DNA of 32,000 nt, from assembly GCF_000981785.2 (NCBI RefSeq), contig NZ_CP011304.1, positions 2,610,001-2,642,000 on the forward strand, read 5' to 3'. This document shows, one piece after another, positions 15,990-24,718 of this stretch. Numbering within the stretch: position 1 is the first letter of the stretch; each line of letters opens with the position of its first letter. This stretch comes from Microcystis aeruginosa NIES-2549 (GTDB taxonomy: Bacteria > Cyanobacteriota > Cyanobacteriia > Cyanobacteriales > Microcystaceae). Below the pieces are notes generated by a model. The model did not search any database. It saw only the letters and a program-made list of their open reading frames with translations, and was not told where the DNA came from. The position numbers and the translations under genes are program-made.

Positions 15990-16141
15990 AAATACCTCGC
16001 TCTTGAATTATGAATTGTTTGGTTTTGAGCAAGGCTCATTAATAAAAACCACTCCAGACACAGAGGAAACAAAGATCATATCATTTTGGGTTTGCGGTGG
16101 ACGTTGTAGAATAGAGAAAACCTACTGCGCTGATAGATGCT

Positions 16142-16372
16142 ATGCCCTCTCCTGCTATTACCACGATCATCAAGATGGTTGAGTCTCTGCCTGATGAGCT
16201 TCAAGAGCAGTTAGTAGAGTATGTTCGAGCTTATATTGCAGAAATTGAAGAAGAAAAACGATGGGATCAGTCGTTTAAACAGACGAAGAATAATCTAGTC
16301 GCAGCAGCACGGAAAGCCAAAGAAGAGATTGCGGCAGGATTGTCCGCACCGATGGATTATGAGCAGCTATGA
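16142..16372 (+). CDS. Type II antitoxin-like protein
   Basis: 76 aa; VESLPDELQEQLVEYVRAYIAEIEEEKRWDQSF. The stop overlaps the downstream ATG (ATGA, 16369-16372). Confidence 0.7.
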   Translation: MPSPAITTIIKMVESLPDELQEQLVEYVRAYIAEIEEEKRWDQSFKQTKNNLVAAARKAKEEIAAGLSAPMDYEQL

Positions 16373-16632
16373 ATTCCGCGACATTGCCTTCATTTTGGCA
16401 GAAGTATCGCGACTTGAAGCCAGCAGTCAAAGCCGGAGCCAGAAAAACATATCGGTTATGGGTAGAGAATCCGTTTCATCCATCGTTAAATTTTAAGTGT
16501 ATTGACAGCGACGAAGATATTTGGTCAGTGCGTGTAACGAAGAGTCATCGAGCTTTGGGGGTGCTGTCAGGGGATACAGTGACTTGGTTTTGGATTGGCG
16601 ATCATGATGAGTACGAAAAGTTTTATTCGTAA
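16369..16632 (+). CDS. ParE-like toxin family protein
   Basis: 87 aa; FWQKYRDLKPAVKAGARKTYRLWVENPFHPSLNFKCI...WSVRVTKSHRALGVLSGDTVTWFWIGDHDEY matches the remembered ParE_like_toxin pattern. Translationally coupled to the upstream ORF. Confidence 0.7.
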   Translation: MNSATLPSFWQKYRDLKPAVKAGARKTYRLWVENPFHPSLNFKCIDSDEDIWSVRVTKSHRALGVLSGDTVTWFWIGDHDEYEKFYS

Positions 16633-16743
16633 AACACAGGAACTACAAGCCTATTCCACTCGAACTTTAAAAACCCCCTTGCCACTCTCCCGTACTTTTT
16701 AAACAGGATTTAGCATCACTCCCTCATAATGACATTCGATAAA

Positions 16744-18168
16744 CTACATGGCATAGCGACTTTTTTCGGAAGTATCAAAGCGAGCAAGCGTAATTTTTTT
16801 GGCGAGGATAGAAGTTTTTCGAGGCAAAAAAACAGAACGTTGCCGGAAATATTCGCCAAAATATTGACGGTAGAGAGGACAACTGACTCGGCAAAACTTA
16901 CCTTGTCGGTGAATTAGTCCGAGACTTTCTAGGTGAAAAGCTGCCATTAAATCAATTTCTATGTCTTTTTCCGCCATCACCACCTTAGCAAAGATAGCCG
17001 CTAAATTGCCCTTTAAGTATTGCAGATGCCAAAGTAAACGTTTAAGATGGCCAGCAAAAATATTATTTTCCTCGCCGATAGAAGTAGCCAAAATGCTTTC
17101 TAGGCTACAATTACCCCGAGCAAGATGATAGCAAGCAAGACGAATTAAATAGGGATTACCCCCTAGAAATATCCGTAATTTTTCAGAGTCAAAATTCTGA
17201 TCTAATCCCTGTCTTTGACTTAATTCTCGTACTTGTGCGCTGGTAAAATTAGGCAATTCGATCGGTAAACCAAGACTAAAAGGAGATTGATAGATATCTG
17301 AGGTTTTATCAAGCTCCTGTGCAGGGGAATAGGCGACAATTAAACGTAATTTTTGCCAGAGAGGTTTGTTTTTGCCTTCCTCGTGCCAGAGGTGCAGAAT
17401 ACTAAAAAATTCTTCCCTTAGCTCTGGATAGGATAAAAGATATTCAAGATCATCAAAGGCAATCACTAAAGGGCGATCGAGATGGGAGAGAATATGCTTT
17501 TCTAGATAGATTTTACAGTTAATTTTACCCCCCAGGAAGTCATCCCAATCCTGTGGGAGATGATTATCTAAATCTAACTGGCGACTAATACTAACACAAA
17601 GCCAACGCAGCCAGTGATTTAAATCTTGAAAAATTGAGCTTTCTGCTAACCGAAAACTGAAATAAAGTGTATGGTATTGCTGTTGTTGAGCATAATTAAT
17701 AATTCTGGCCATCAGGGAGGTTTTTCCCATTTTTCTGGGTGCGTTAATCCGGATAAGACTCCCCCCGCGCAATATCTCTTGATAACAAGTCTGTTCTAGA
17801 TTATTTCTGTTGATATACAAGGGGGAATCGAGGGGGACTTGTCCCTCTGGTAATTCAGGCAATAGTTGAGGATTAATACTATTAGTTTCTGGTAAGTTAG
17901 GACGATAATAATCGCTATTTTCTAAAGTTAAATTAAAGGCTTGAAAACAATGTTTCAGGGTTTTTTTATCCACTCCCGATTCACAAGCAAATACCTTCAT
18001 CAGAGTATCTACCCCTAAAAGAGTTTTCTCGCTGAGAACTTCTAGGGTGAAGCGATGACCGCAATTATCCCGATATTCCGCTTCTTGTTTAGCAGTAAGT
18101 AATTTTTCTAGTCCCGTGGTGGTGAGGATAACCCCGCGTCTGCGGCGCTGTTTTTCCGGTTTTTCCAT
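16744..18168 (-). CDS. AAA-like domain (AAA_35 / ORC-Cdc6-type P-loop) NTPase with an N-terminal HTH-like module
   Basis: Walker A INAPRKMGKTSLMARI, Walker B PLVIAFDDLEYL. N-terminal RRRRGVILTTTGLEKLL...FTLEVLSEKTLLGVDTLMKVFACESGVDKKTLKHCFQAFNL resembles the HTH module fused to many cyanobacterial NTPases. ATG at 18168 is preferred over the track's GTG at 18204. Confidence 0.8.
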   Translation of the reverse strand: MEKPEKQRRRRGVILTTTGLEKLLTAKQEAEYRDNCGHRFTLEVLSEKTLLGVDTLMKVFACESGVDKKTLKHCFQAFNLTLENSDYYRPNLPETNSINPQLLPELPEGQVPLDSPLYINRNNLEQTCYQEILRGGSLIRINAPRKMGKTSLMARIINYAQQQQYHTLYFSFRLAESSIFQDLNHWLRWLCVSISRQLDLDNHLPQDWDDFLGGKINCKIYLEKHILSHLDRPLVIAFDDLEYLLSYPELREEFFSILHLWHEEGKNKPLWQKLRLIVAYSPAQELDKTSDIYQSPFSLGLPIELPNFTSAQVRELSQRQGLDQNFDSEKLRIFLGGNPYLIRLACYHLARGNCSLESILATSIGEENNIFAGHLKRLLWHLQYLKGNLAAIFAKVVMAEKDIEIDLMAAFHLESLGLIHRQGKFCRVSCPLYRQYFGEYFRQRSVFLPRKTSILAKKITLARFDTSEKSRYAM

Positions 18169-18357
18169 GATATTTTTTCCCTGTCCTGAACCCAAACTCT
18201 GCACCTCTAGAGGTTTTGAGTTTCCTATAGACTTCTCCTCAACAGGGAAACAATCAATTCCGTAATTTTACTGGTTTAGCCATCAAAAAGCTAGGAAAAA
18301 TAACCAGACCACTTATTTTCTTCCCCGTCCGAGTTATTTCTGGGATGGGGGTAAATC

Positions 18358-18705
18358 TTAGCCTACTTGCTGACGATAGCTATTCATTTCTAGGCTATCT
18401 TCCCCATAAAGATCCTCAATGTGTTCATGACAACAATCGATCGCAAATTGCTCAAATTCTCCCGGTTCAATTTGATACATTTTGGCAAAAATATCGGGTT
18501 GAACACGACAAAATTCTGGTCTCTGGTCATAAATGGTACAGAGACGGGTTTGGCGATCAAAGTTTATACACCAACCCTCTTCCCCCACCATGCTGAGATA
18601 TTGACTTAATTGTGCGGGAGTAAGATATTCTTCTAAGTCAGGACGCTCATCGGGATTTAGTTGACAACAAGCTCCACAATTTTTAATACATTTCCAATTG
18701 GCCAT
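18358..18705 (-). CDS. YkgJ-family cysteine-cluster (CxxCxxCC) protein
   Basis: 115 aa; N-terminal KCIKNCGACCQLNP plus downstream WCINFD...RLCTIYDQRPEFCR. Confidence 0.85.
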   Translation of the reverse strand: MANWKCIKNCGACCQLNPDERPDLEEYLTPAQLSQYLSMVGEEGWCINFDRQTRLCTIYDQRPEFCRVQPDIFAKMYQIEPGEFEQFAIDCCHEHIEDLYGEDSLEMNSYRQQVG

Positions 18706-18970
18706 ATAATACTAAATCCGTTGAGTATGCGCTACATATCAGGACAGGCACTCATGCAATAGGCAATAGGCAAAAGCGGAAATAAATAATCAGTTTTTAA
18801 TAACCGGATTTAGTATAACCGCTGTGCCGCGATGAGTTAATCCTAGTACCTACTGACTAGCTTACTAGCAAATAGCCCCTATTTCCCGTTCAGCAGCAAT
18901 TACCCTCAATAGTTTTAATCTCAACCTGCGATCGAGAGTGAAAGCTTAACGAGGCAAGAATCTAATAAAA

Positions 18971-19042
18971 TGGGCGTTGTAAGGGTCGAACTTACGGCAT
19001 CCTGCTTGTAAGGCAGGCGCTCTACCACTGAGCTAAACGCCC
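18971..19042 (-). tRNA. tRNA-Val (anticodon UAC)
   Basis: The reverse complement GGGCGTTTAGCTCAGTGGTAGAGCGCCTGCCTTACAAGCAGGATGCCGTAAGTTCGACCCTTACAACGCCCA folds as a cloverleaf. Acceptor GGGCGTT/AACGCCC, D stem GCTC/GAGC, anticodon stem CCTGC/GCAGG with loop CTTACAA, T stem GTAAG/CTTAC with TTCGACC loop. CCA is not encoded. Confidence 0.93.
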
Positions 19043-19125
19043 GAATCAATTTCGCACTTTCTCAGCATAACATATATTTTCAAAAAAGTATATTATTTTT
19101 TTGAGCGAGTTGATTTTTTTTTCCG

Positions 19126-19662
19126 ATGCCCTCTGGTCGAACTCACGATCGCATTACCCTAATTCTGCTGCCACCGATTGCGGGGGCGAGTTTTTTGGTC
19201 AGTGGCAGTGGTAACTTAACCTTGTTACTGTTGGCCAGTTATTTGTTTAGCGGATTCCTGTTTGGGCCAGATCTGGACATCCACTCGGTACAGTACAAAC
19301 GTTGGGGTTATCTGCGCTGGTTGTGGCTACCCTATCGTTCCATGATCCGTCATCGCGGTTGGTTATCCCACGGTTTATTGATCGGCACGGTCTTTCGGTT
19401 ATTTTATCTGGGTAGTTTTCTTTTACTAGCGGCGATCATCATCATTCCCATCCTGCAAAGTTTCTGGGGTATAGACTGGGATTGGCGACTGTGGCCGCAG
19501 CAAGCGATCGCATTATGGCAACAGTATCCCCGGGTAGCGATCGCTATTTTCCTAGGTTTAGAATTAGGGGCGATGAGTCATAGTTGTAGTGATTGGATCG
19601 GATCGGCCTACAAACGTTCTCGAAAAGTGGCTCAAAAACCGGTAAAAAAGAAAAAACGTTAA
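19126..19662 (+). CDS. Putative metal-binding membrane protein (DUF2227-like, from recollection)
   Basis: 178 aa; N-terminal MPSGRTHDRITL, several TM segments, His-rich HRGWLSHG, basic C-terminal tail. Confidence 0.6.
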   Translation: MPSGRTHDRITLILLPPIAGASFLVSGSGNLTLLLLASYLFSGFLFGPDLDIHSVQYKRWGYLRWLWLPYRSMIRHRGWLSHGLLIGTVFRLFYLGSFLLLAAIIIIPILQSFWGIDWDWRLWPQQAIALWQQYPRVAIAIFLGLELGAMSHSCSDWIGSAYKRSRKVAQKPVKKKKR

Positions 19663-19779
19663 TATAGCGTTTTTCACTCTGCTGAGGTACAAAAGTTATG
19701 GGTTTTAGGCAAAAGGCAACAGGCAAAAGGCAAAAGGGAAGAAAAATAGGTGTACCTCACTAGCTTAGGAAACGCTATA
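19663..19779. repeat. MITE-like inverted-repeat element enclosing an AGGCAAN heptamer tract
   Basis: tatagcgttt (19663-19672) pairs with aaacgctata (19770-19779). An inner tgaggtac/gtacctca pair is present, and the core is aggcaaa aggcaac aggcaaa aggcaaa (19707-19741). It fills almost the whole gap between two convergent genes. Confidence 0.75.
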
Positions 19780-19796
19780 GTCTCCGTCCAGAATTT

Positions 19797-21317
19797 CTAA
19801 TTAGCCTTACTTTGATATTCTTGCCAAGTTTTCGGACTGATAAAGAGAGTTCCTTTTTCTTGCTGGTCGGGAAACTGGATATAATTTTTCTCTAAATAAT
19901 CCCTGAGTTTTGGTGATTGCAGAAATTGCTTTTCAAATCGATAGAGAAAAACCAAATCGGGCTGTCTTTTTTCGATAACTTCTAGGATAAAATCCCCATC
20001 AAGATTCTGATTGATAAATCTCTTTCTGGTGATGACGGCAGTTTCTGGGGGTGTTTTCAAGAAATACTGATATATGTAGTGAGGATTATCGGTTAACAGA
20101 AGTTTATCGGAGTTTTTAAATTTTTCAAACACAGCTTCTGCTAAAATAGGTTTATACCTTTTATTAAATTGAACGTAGGCATTAATTGCAGGATCACGAT
20201 TGGTAATTATTCTCAATGTATTAAAGAGAAATTGACCAGAAAGGGAGAGAAAAATCAGCATTTTGAGAACTAATTCCTGGGTTATTTTTCGATTTTGCCT
20301 AAATTCTCCGAGGCTATCAGTAATTTTTAACTGTTCGACAAACAAGGCAATGATCCAAACGGCGGGAATAATTAAATGGATATAGTAATAGGGCCAAATT
20401 GGGGCGACTGTGGCAAATCTAAATAGATTAGAACCCAACCAGATCAAGGGCGGTAAAAGTGGTATTATATTGCGAGTAAAAACCATCGCTATAATAGCGA
20501 TCGCTGTGACGATCAGATAAATTGGTTCGTGTTGTAGGGCGCTTTGTAAGAGAGTCCATAAGGTGAGATTTTCTTCACCGAAACTAGCTGCAACACTGAC
20601 ATGAGATTTAATAATATTTTCGTAGGAAAAAGGAAAAATAGTCAGGGAACCTAAGACAAAGACTAAAACAATAGCCCCTGACCAAATAACAATATCAGTG
20701 ATTCTTTTAATAAAACTATTCTGTTGATTGAGAAAAATAATTAAAGCTACAGTTGGGATAATAGTAATGCCCGAAAGTTTAATTTGCAGGGAAAAAACAA
20801 AAGCAATGGCACTGAGTAAATACAGCCAATACTTAAGCTTACCCGGGGATTGAAGGGCTTTAAAGATGATAAAAATACTTAAAATTGTAAAAAAAAGTGA
20901 GGGTAACTCCCGCAGCATTGTCGTTGACATGGTAATATAAACTAGACAGGTTGAGAGAATAAATACCGATAAACACGAGGCTAATATTCCGCAATTAACT
21001 CTCAGAATTAGATAAAAAATCCCTAACATAATTGTGGATAAAGAAAGCACCATAAGGCGGGCGGCATGGATAGTAAATCCTGTCACGCTTAACCAACCAT
21101 TTAGTAAAAGAGATAAACCCGATAAATGATCGTGCCAAACTTGTTCGTAGAGACGATAACCTTGTTTAGTGACGTAGGCAAGTACCATGGCCACCGCTTC
21201 ATCAAAATTAAGGATATAGGGATAATGAAGCGGGACTTTCCAGAAAACAATCCCCAGAAAAAAAACAGCAATGGCAATTAATGCCATTAAATCAAAACGA
21301 TAAGATTTCTTATTCAT
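19797..21317 (-). CDS. GT-C fold membrane glycosyltransferase-like protein (ArnT/PMT family-like)
   Basis: 506 aa, about a dozen hydrophobic segments, an early loop motif NFDEAV reminiscent of the GT-C acidic motif, and a soluble C-terminal ~130 aa. The gene is visibly AT-rich. Confidence 0.6.
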   Translation of the reverse strand: MNKKSYRFDLMALIAIAVFFLGIVFWKVPLHYPYILNFDEAVAMVLAYVTKQGYRLYEQVWHDHLSGLSLLLNGWLSVTGFTIHAARLMVLSLSTIMLGIFYLILRVNCGILASCLSVFILSTCLVYITMSTTMLRELPSLFFTILSIFIIFKALQSPGKLKYWLYLLSAIAFVFSLQIKLSGITIIPTVALIIFLNQQNSFIKRITDIVIWSGAIVLVFVLGSLTIFPFSYENIIKSHVSVAASFGEENLTLWTLLQSALQHEPIYLIVTAIAIIAMVFTRNIIPLLPPLIWLGSNLFRFATVAPIWPYYYIHLIIPAVWIIALFVEQLKITDSLGEFRQNRKITQELVLKMLIFLSLSGQFLFNTLRIITNRDPAINAYVQFNKRYKPILAEAVFEKFKNSDKLLLTDNPHYIYQYFLKTPPETAVITRKRFINQNLDGDFILEVIEKRQPDLVFLYRFEKQFLQSPKLRDYLEKNYIQFPDQQEKGTLFISPKTWQEYQSKAN

Positions 21318-21395
21318 AACTTTTTCTGGACAAGAATTGCTGCGTATCTTATCACAGATCGAGACATCAGTTATGGATTAAAAAAGATACAAAAA

Positions 21396-22208
21396 TTACT
21401 TTTCAGAACTACGCCCTAAATCTTTAGATCTATGATAGGCCGCCACCACTGCCTCGATAATAGTCGAGCGAAAAGAGCCTTTTTCTAATTGTCTCACCCC
21501 GGCAATCGTCGTTCCCCCGGGGCTAGTGACGCGATCCTTTAATTCCCCCGGATGTATGGCCGATTCTTTTAATAGGGTTGCCGTCCCCAAAACTGTTTCT
21601 ATAGCCAATTGAGACGCAATTGATCGCGGTAATCCCGCCGCCACACCACCATCGCTTAAAGCTTCCACCATCAAGGCCACAAATGCCGGGCCCGATCCCG
21701 ATAATCCCGTTACCGCGTCCATCAAAGCCTCGGGAACTTCCACCACCGAACCGACCGCGGCAAAAATATCTCTGGCTACGGCCAGATGTTCCGGTTCCGC
21801 ATGACGACCAGCTGCGATCGCTGTAACCCCTTGTCCCACCGTGGCTGGGGTATTGGGCATCGTCCGGATCACGGGGCGATCGGGAAAGCCCATTTCTAAG
21901 CGATTGAGGGTAACTCCTGCTAAAATCGAGATAATTAGGGGTTTTTCGGGTATTCCCAGCAAGCTATTCACTACTTGCTCTAAAATTTGCGGTTTTACCG
22001 CTAAGATTAACACCTCGGTTGCTCTAGCGGCTTCTCGGTTATCCTCACTGACTTGCACTCCGTAGGTATTAACCCAAAAGTGGCGCCGTTGGGATTGGGG
22101 ATCACTAACCAACACCGTTTCGGGACTATAAATATTTTTTTTTAATAAACGGCTGAGAATGGCCTCGGCCATCACTCCACCGCCAATAATTCCTAAACGA
22201 ATAGACAC
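21396..22208 (-). CDS. proC: Pyrroline-5-carboxylate reductase
   Basis: 270 aa, GTG start; LGIIGGGVMAEAI Rossmann motif, MPNTPATVGQG, SPGGTTIAG. Confidence 0.93.
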   Translation of the reverse strand: MSIRLGIIGGGVMAEAILSRLLKKNIYSPETVLVSDPQSQRRHFWVNTYGVQVSEDNREAARATEVLILAVKPQILEQVVNSLLGIPEKPLIISILAGVTLNRLEMGFPDRPVIRTMPNTPATVGQGVTAIAAGRHAEPEHLAVARDIFAAVGSVVEVPEALMDAVTGLSGSGPAFVALMVEALSDGGVAAGLPRSIASQLAIETVLGTATLLKESAIHPGELKDRVTSPGGTTIAGVRQLEKGSFRSTIIEAVVAAYHRSKDLGRSSEK

Positions 22209-22331
22209 AGTATTATTGAAAATAAAAAGTAAAAAGGGAGATTGAGAGGTCTTACCCAGGAAAAACGGCTCCTCTCGAGAATCGATCGATTTCTAGCTTC
22301 GACAAACTTGACGAGAGGACTATGGGAGGAT

Positions 22332-22904
22332 TCATTGAGCTAATCGACTGCTTTCGGCGCCCCAAGCAGGTGTGGAGGAAACGGGACGAGTTATTTTCGG
22401 GTTGTCGGTGATATCGTGAATAGTTCCGGAAAGGGTGCTAACTTTAACGCAGCTGGGGGTAAATAGGAAAATACTCTCACCGATGCGTTCTTGATGACCA
22501 TCAATTGCATAAGTGCCACCGGCGACGAAATCCACGGCTCTTTGTGCCTCTTCGGGATCCATGACGTTGAGGTTTAAAACCACCGATTTGCGTTCTCTCA
22601 GGGTTTGGATAACTTGGGGCATTTCCTCGAAGGAATGGGGCTCGATCACGACCACTTCTGCATTATTGTTGTTAATACCTGGCATACCGATCACGTTGCT
22701 TCTGTTGAGTCCCATAGATGTGGCTGTATTGAGATTTAAAGGTTCGCGTTGACGACGATTGAGGGGGTCTTCTTCTTCGTTTTGATCCCTATCTTGGGGG
22801 GAAGACTTTTCCCAGTTCATTTCTTCGTAGTCGGTTTCGTCTTCGTCTTCCGGTTGTTCGGAGATACCGACAAAATCTTTGAGTTTGGTAAAAATGTTGT
22901 TCAC
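22332..22904 (-). CDS. sepF: Cell division protein SepF
   Basis: 190 aa, GTG start; [13 protein letters not shown]... and the C-terminal core [67 protein letters not shown]. Confidence 0.9.
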   Translation of the reverse strand: MNNIFTKLKDFVGISEQPEDEDETDYEEMNWEKSSPQDRDQNEEEDPLNRRQREPLNLNTATSMGLNRSNVIGMPGINNNNAEVVVIEPHSFEEMPQVIQTLRERKSVVLNLNVMDPEEAQRAVDFVAGGTYAIDGHQERIGESIFLFTPSCVKVSTLSGTIHDITDNPKITRPVSSTPAWGAESSRLAQ

Positions 22905-23258
22905 AGTCTAATGTCCTTCAAAAGATTTTTTTTGGTGGTCTTGGCCAGAGTCGGGGTTATTTATTGGCCTTTAACAATTTTTGCTCTCATTTGGTACAGG
23001 AGAACTATTTTGTTAAGGGTTCGTCAATCTAGTCGATCAAACCAAATTTTTCCTTCTAGTCGTCTGTAGGCAGCGATTAGTTCCCCAATTAAGCTATCAG
23101 CCGTCAGCCTTTAGCTAGAAAAAGGTCAGTCGAGACTTTTTGTCAATCCTGCCAATTTTTTACTGCTCTTGCCTAGACTAGACGCTGTAATTCTAAGACA
23201 TATTATCACCGATTATTAAAATTTCTAGAGGTTTTTTCTGTAAATTTACGGCGATGGT

Positions 23259-23918
23259 TTAATAAATGCGATCGCCGAAGATGCCAGTTCCCACCCGGAT
23301 CAAAGTGGCTCCGGCCTTGATGGCCAGAGGATAATCGTTAGACATCCCCATGGATAGATGAGGCAGGCATAAACTAGAGCTATTCTCGATTATTTGGGCT
23401 AAATCGCTGGTTTTTTCAAAGGCGGCTAACTTTTCCCCGTCGGATAATCCTTGGGGCAGAATTGTCATCAAACCCTGAATTTTTAGCTGTTTACAGTTGA
23501 CTAAAGCGGCAATATCTGCTATCAGTTCGTCCGTGTCCCAACCGAACTTATCGGGATCGGGGACAACTTTCACCTGTAGCAAAACTTGGGGATTAATCTC
23601 TAATTCCCCAGCTAGGCGATCGAGTCTTTGGGCTAATTTTAAACTATCGAGGGAATGGATTAAATCAAAAGATTCTAGAACTTTGCGGGCTTTATTTGCC
23701 TGTAGATGCCCGATAAAGTGCCAAGAAATATCCTGGAGGTCTTTTAGTTCTTGCTGCTTCGAGATTGCTTCCTGTAGCTTACTTTCAGCAAAATCTCTCA
23801 CTCCTGCTCGGTAAGCTTGACGGATATAATCGCTCGATACCTGTTTGCTGACGGCAATCAGACGCGCGGAGGGGGGTAGGGTAAGACGGATTGACTCGAT
23901 ACGACTAGCGATCGTCAT
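23259..23918 (-). CDS. pipY: YggS-family PLP-binding protein (PipY)
   Basis: 219 aa; RLIAVSKQV (PLP Lys context), HFIGHLQANKARKV, LSMGMSNDY. It starts 3 nt after the pipX stop. Confidence 0.9.
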   Translation of the reverse strand: MTIASRIESIRLTLPPSARLIAVSKQVSSDYIRQAYRAGVRDFAESKLQEAISKQQELKDLQDISWHFIGHLQANKARKVLESFDLIHSLDSLKLAQRLDRLAGELEINPQVLLQVKVVPDPDKFGWDTDELIADIAALVNCKQLKIQGLMTILPQGLSDGEKLAAFEKTSDLAQIIENSSSLCLPHLSMGMSNDYPLAIKAGATLIRVGTGIFGDRIY

Positions 23919-23921
23919 GAA

Positions 23922-24194
23922 CTAGACTGAAAAGGTTTGTTGATAAGTTTGGTTGAGACTGTTAAATTCTTGCACATTACTGCCCCGGCGCAAATTCCGC
24001 AGCCGGTTTTCCACCAAAAGACGAGCATCGGAACGACTGACCGGATCGAACGAGACTTTTTTGGGACCCACCGTCACCAGAAAAAAAAGACGTTGGGCAT
24101 AAAGAGTGGTAAATAATTCCTGATGTTCTTCTAATAGACAGACTCTGTATAATAGACCGAAAGTGGGATGATTGAGATAGGTTTCGTTACTCAT
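23922..24194 (-). CDS. pipX: PII-interacting protein PipX
   Basis: 90 aa; YLNHPTFGLLYRVC...LFTTLYAQRLFFLV...ENRLRNLRR matches remembered PipX. Confidence 0.93.
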   Translation of the reverse strand: MSNETYLNHPTFGLLYRVCLLEEHQELFTTLYAQRLFFLVTVGPKKVSFDPVSRSDARLLVENRLRNLRRGSNVQEFNSLNQTYQQTFSV

Positions 24195-24592
24195 TCAAGC
24201 GATCGCTAAAGGAAAAGGATGGAGCGAACCAAAAAATTTTTCAACAAAAAAATCAAGCGGATGGCTGGAAAACAAGTGATTTTCCTGGTGTTTCCCCTAG
24301 CCTGATTTTACCAGAATCCTTCAATGACAACTAACGATCCCAGTCTATGTCATGATTTCCTGAGTTTTCTCTTTTTCCCTGTTAACTTGGATACATCTCG
24401 GTGACAACTTGTCAACATCAGAAATTAGCTCTCCTGCAAAAATCAAACATCTTCTGTGAGGCGAGAAGACTCCTAGACTCCGCTACTCCGAGAGAGGAAT
24501 AGTAAAAAGACAAGAGACAACTAAAATACCCATAAAAGCTAAGATTATGTCAAATTTATCTGGGTTTTTAGATATTTTGACCCGATAGCGGC

Positions 24593-24658
24593 GATCAGTG
24601 AACTGAAAACTCACACCTGATCAGTGATCACTGATAACTGATCACTGAATCGCTGATG
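24593..24658 (-). repeat. Degenerate heptamer tract, reverse orientation of the CAGTTAT family (TNACTGA units)
   Basis: gatcagtgaactgaaaactcacacctgatcagtgatcactgataactgatcactgaatcgctga, about 60 nt upstream of the ndhB ATG. Confidence 0.7.
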
Positions 24659-24718
24659 AAATGCCCTAAGCTTGTATTAAGCCTTTTTTAACTTCAAATT
24701 CCTTTAACCTCAATCAAT

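Noticed and set aside
18169-18204. GTG start at 18204 for the AAA-like NTPase
   Set aside because: An ATG 12 codons downstream (MEKPEKQRRRRG...) is a more likely start. This cannot be decided without data, so the shorter model is reported.
14213-19042. tRNA-Val-targeted integrative island
   Set aside because: No integrase gene was found, and no direct repeat of the tRNA 3' end within 14.2-18.9 kb. A conserved-looking ykgJ-type gene also separates the tRNA from the accessory genes.
24219-24305. 28-codon ORF (MERTKKFFNKKIKRMAGKQVIFLVFPLA) with an AAGGA box, in the pipX-ndhB spacer
   Set aside because: It starts 25 nt from the divergent pipX ATG, so it would sit on the pipX promoter and leader. 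It is very short and has no supporting conservation evidence available here.
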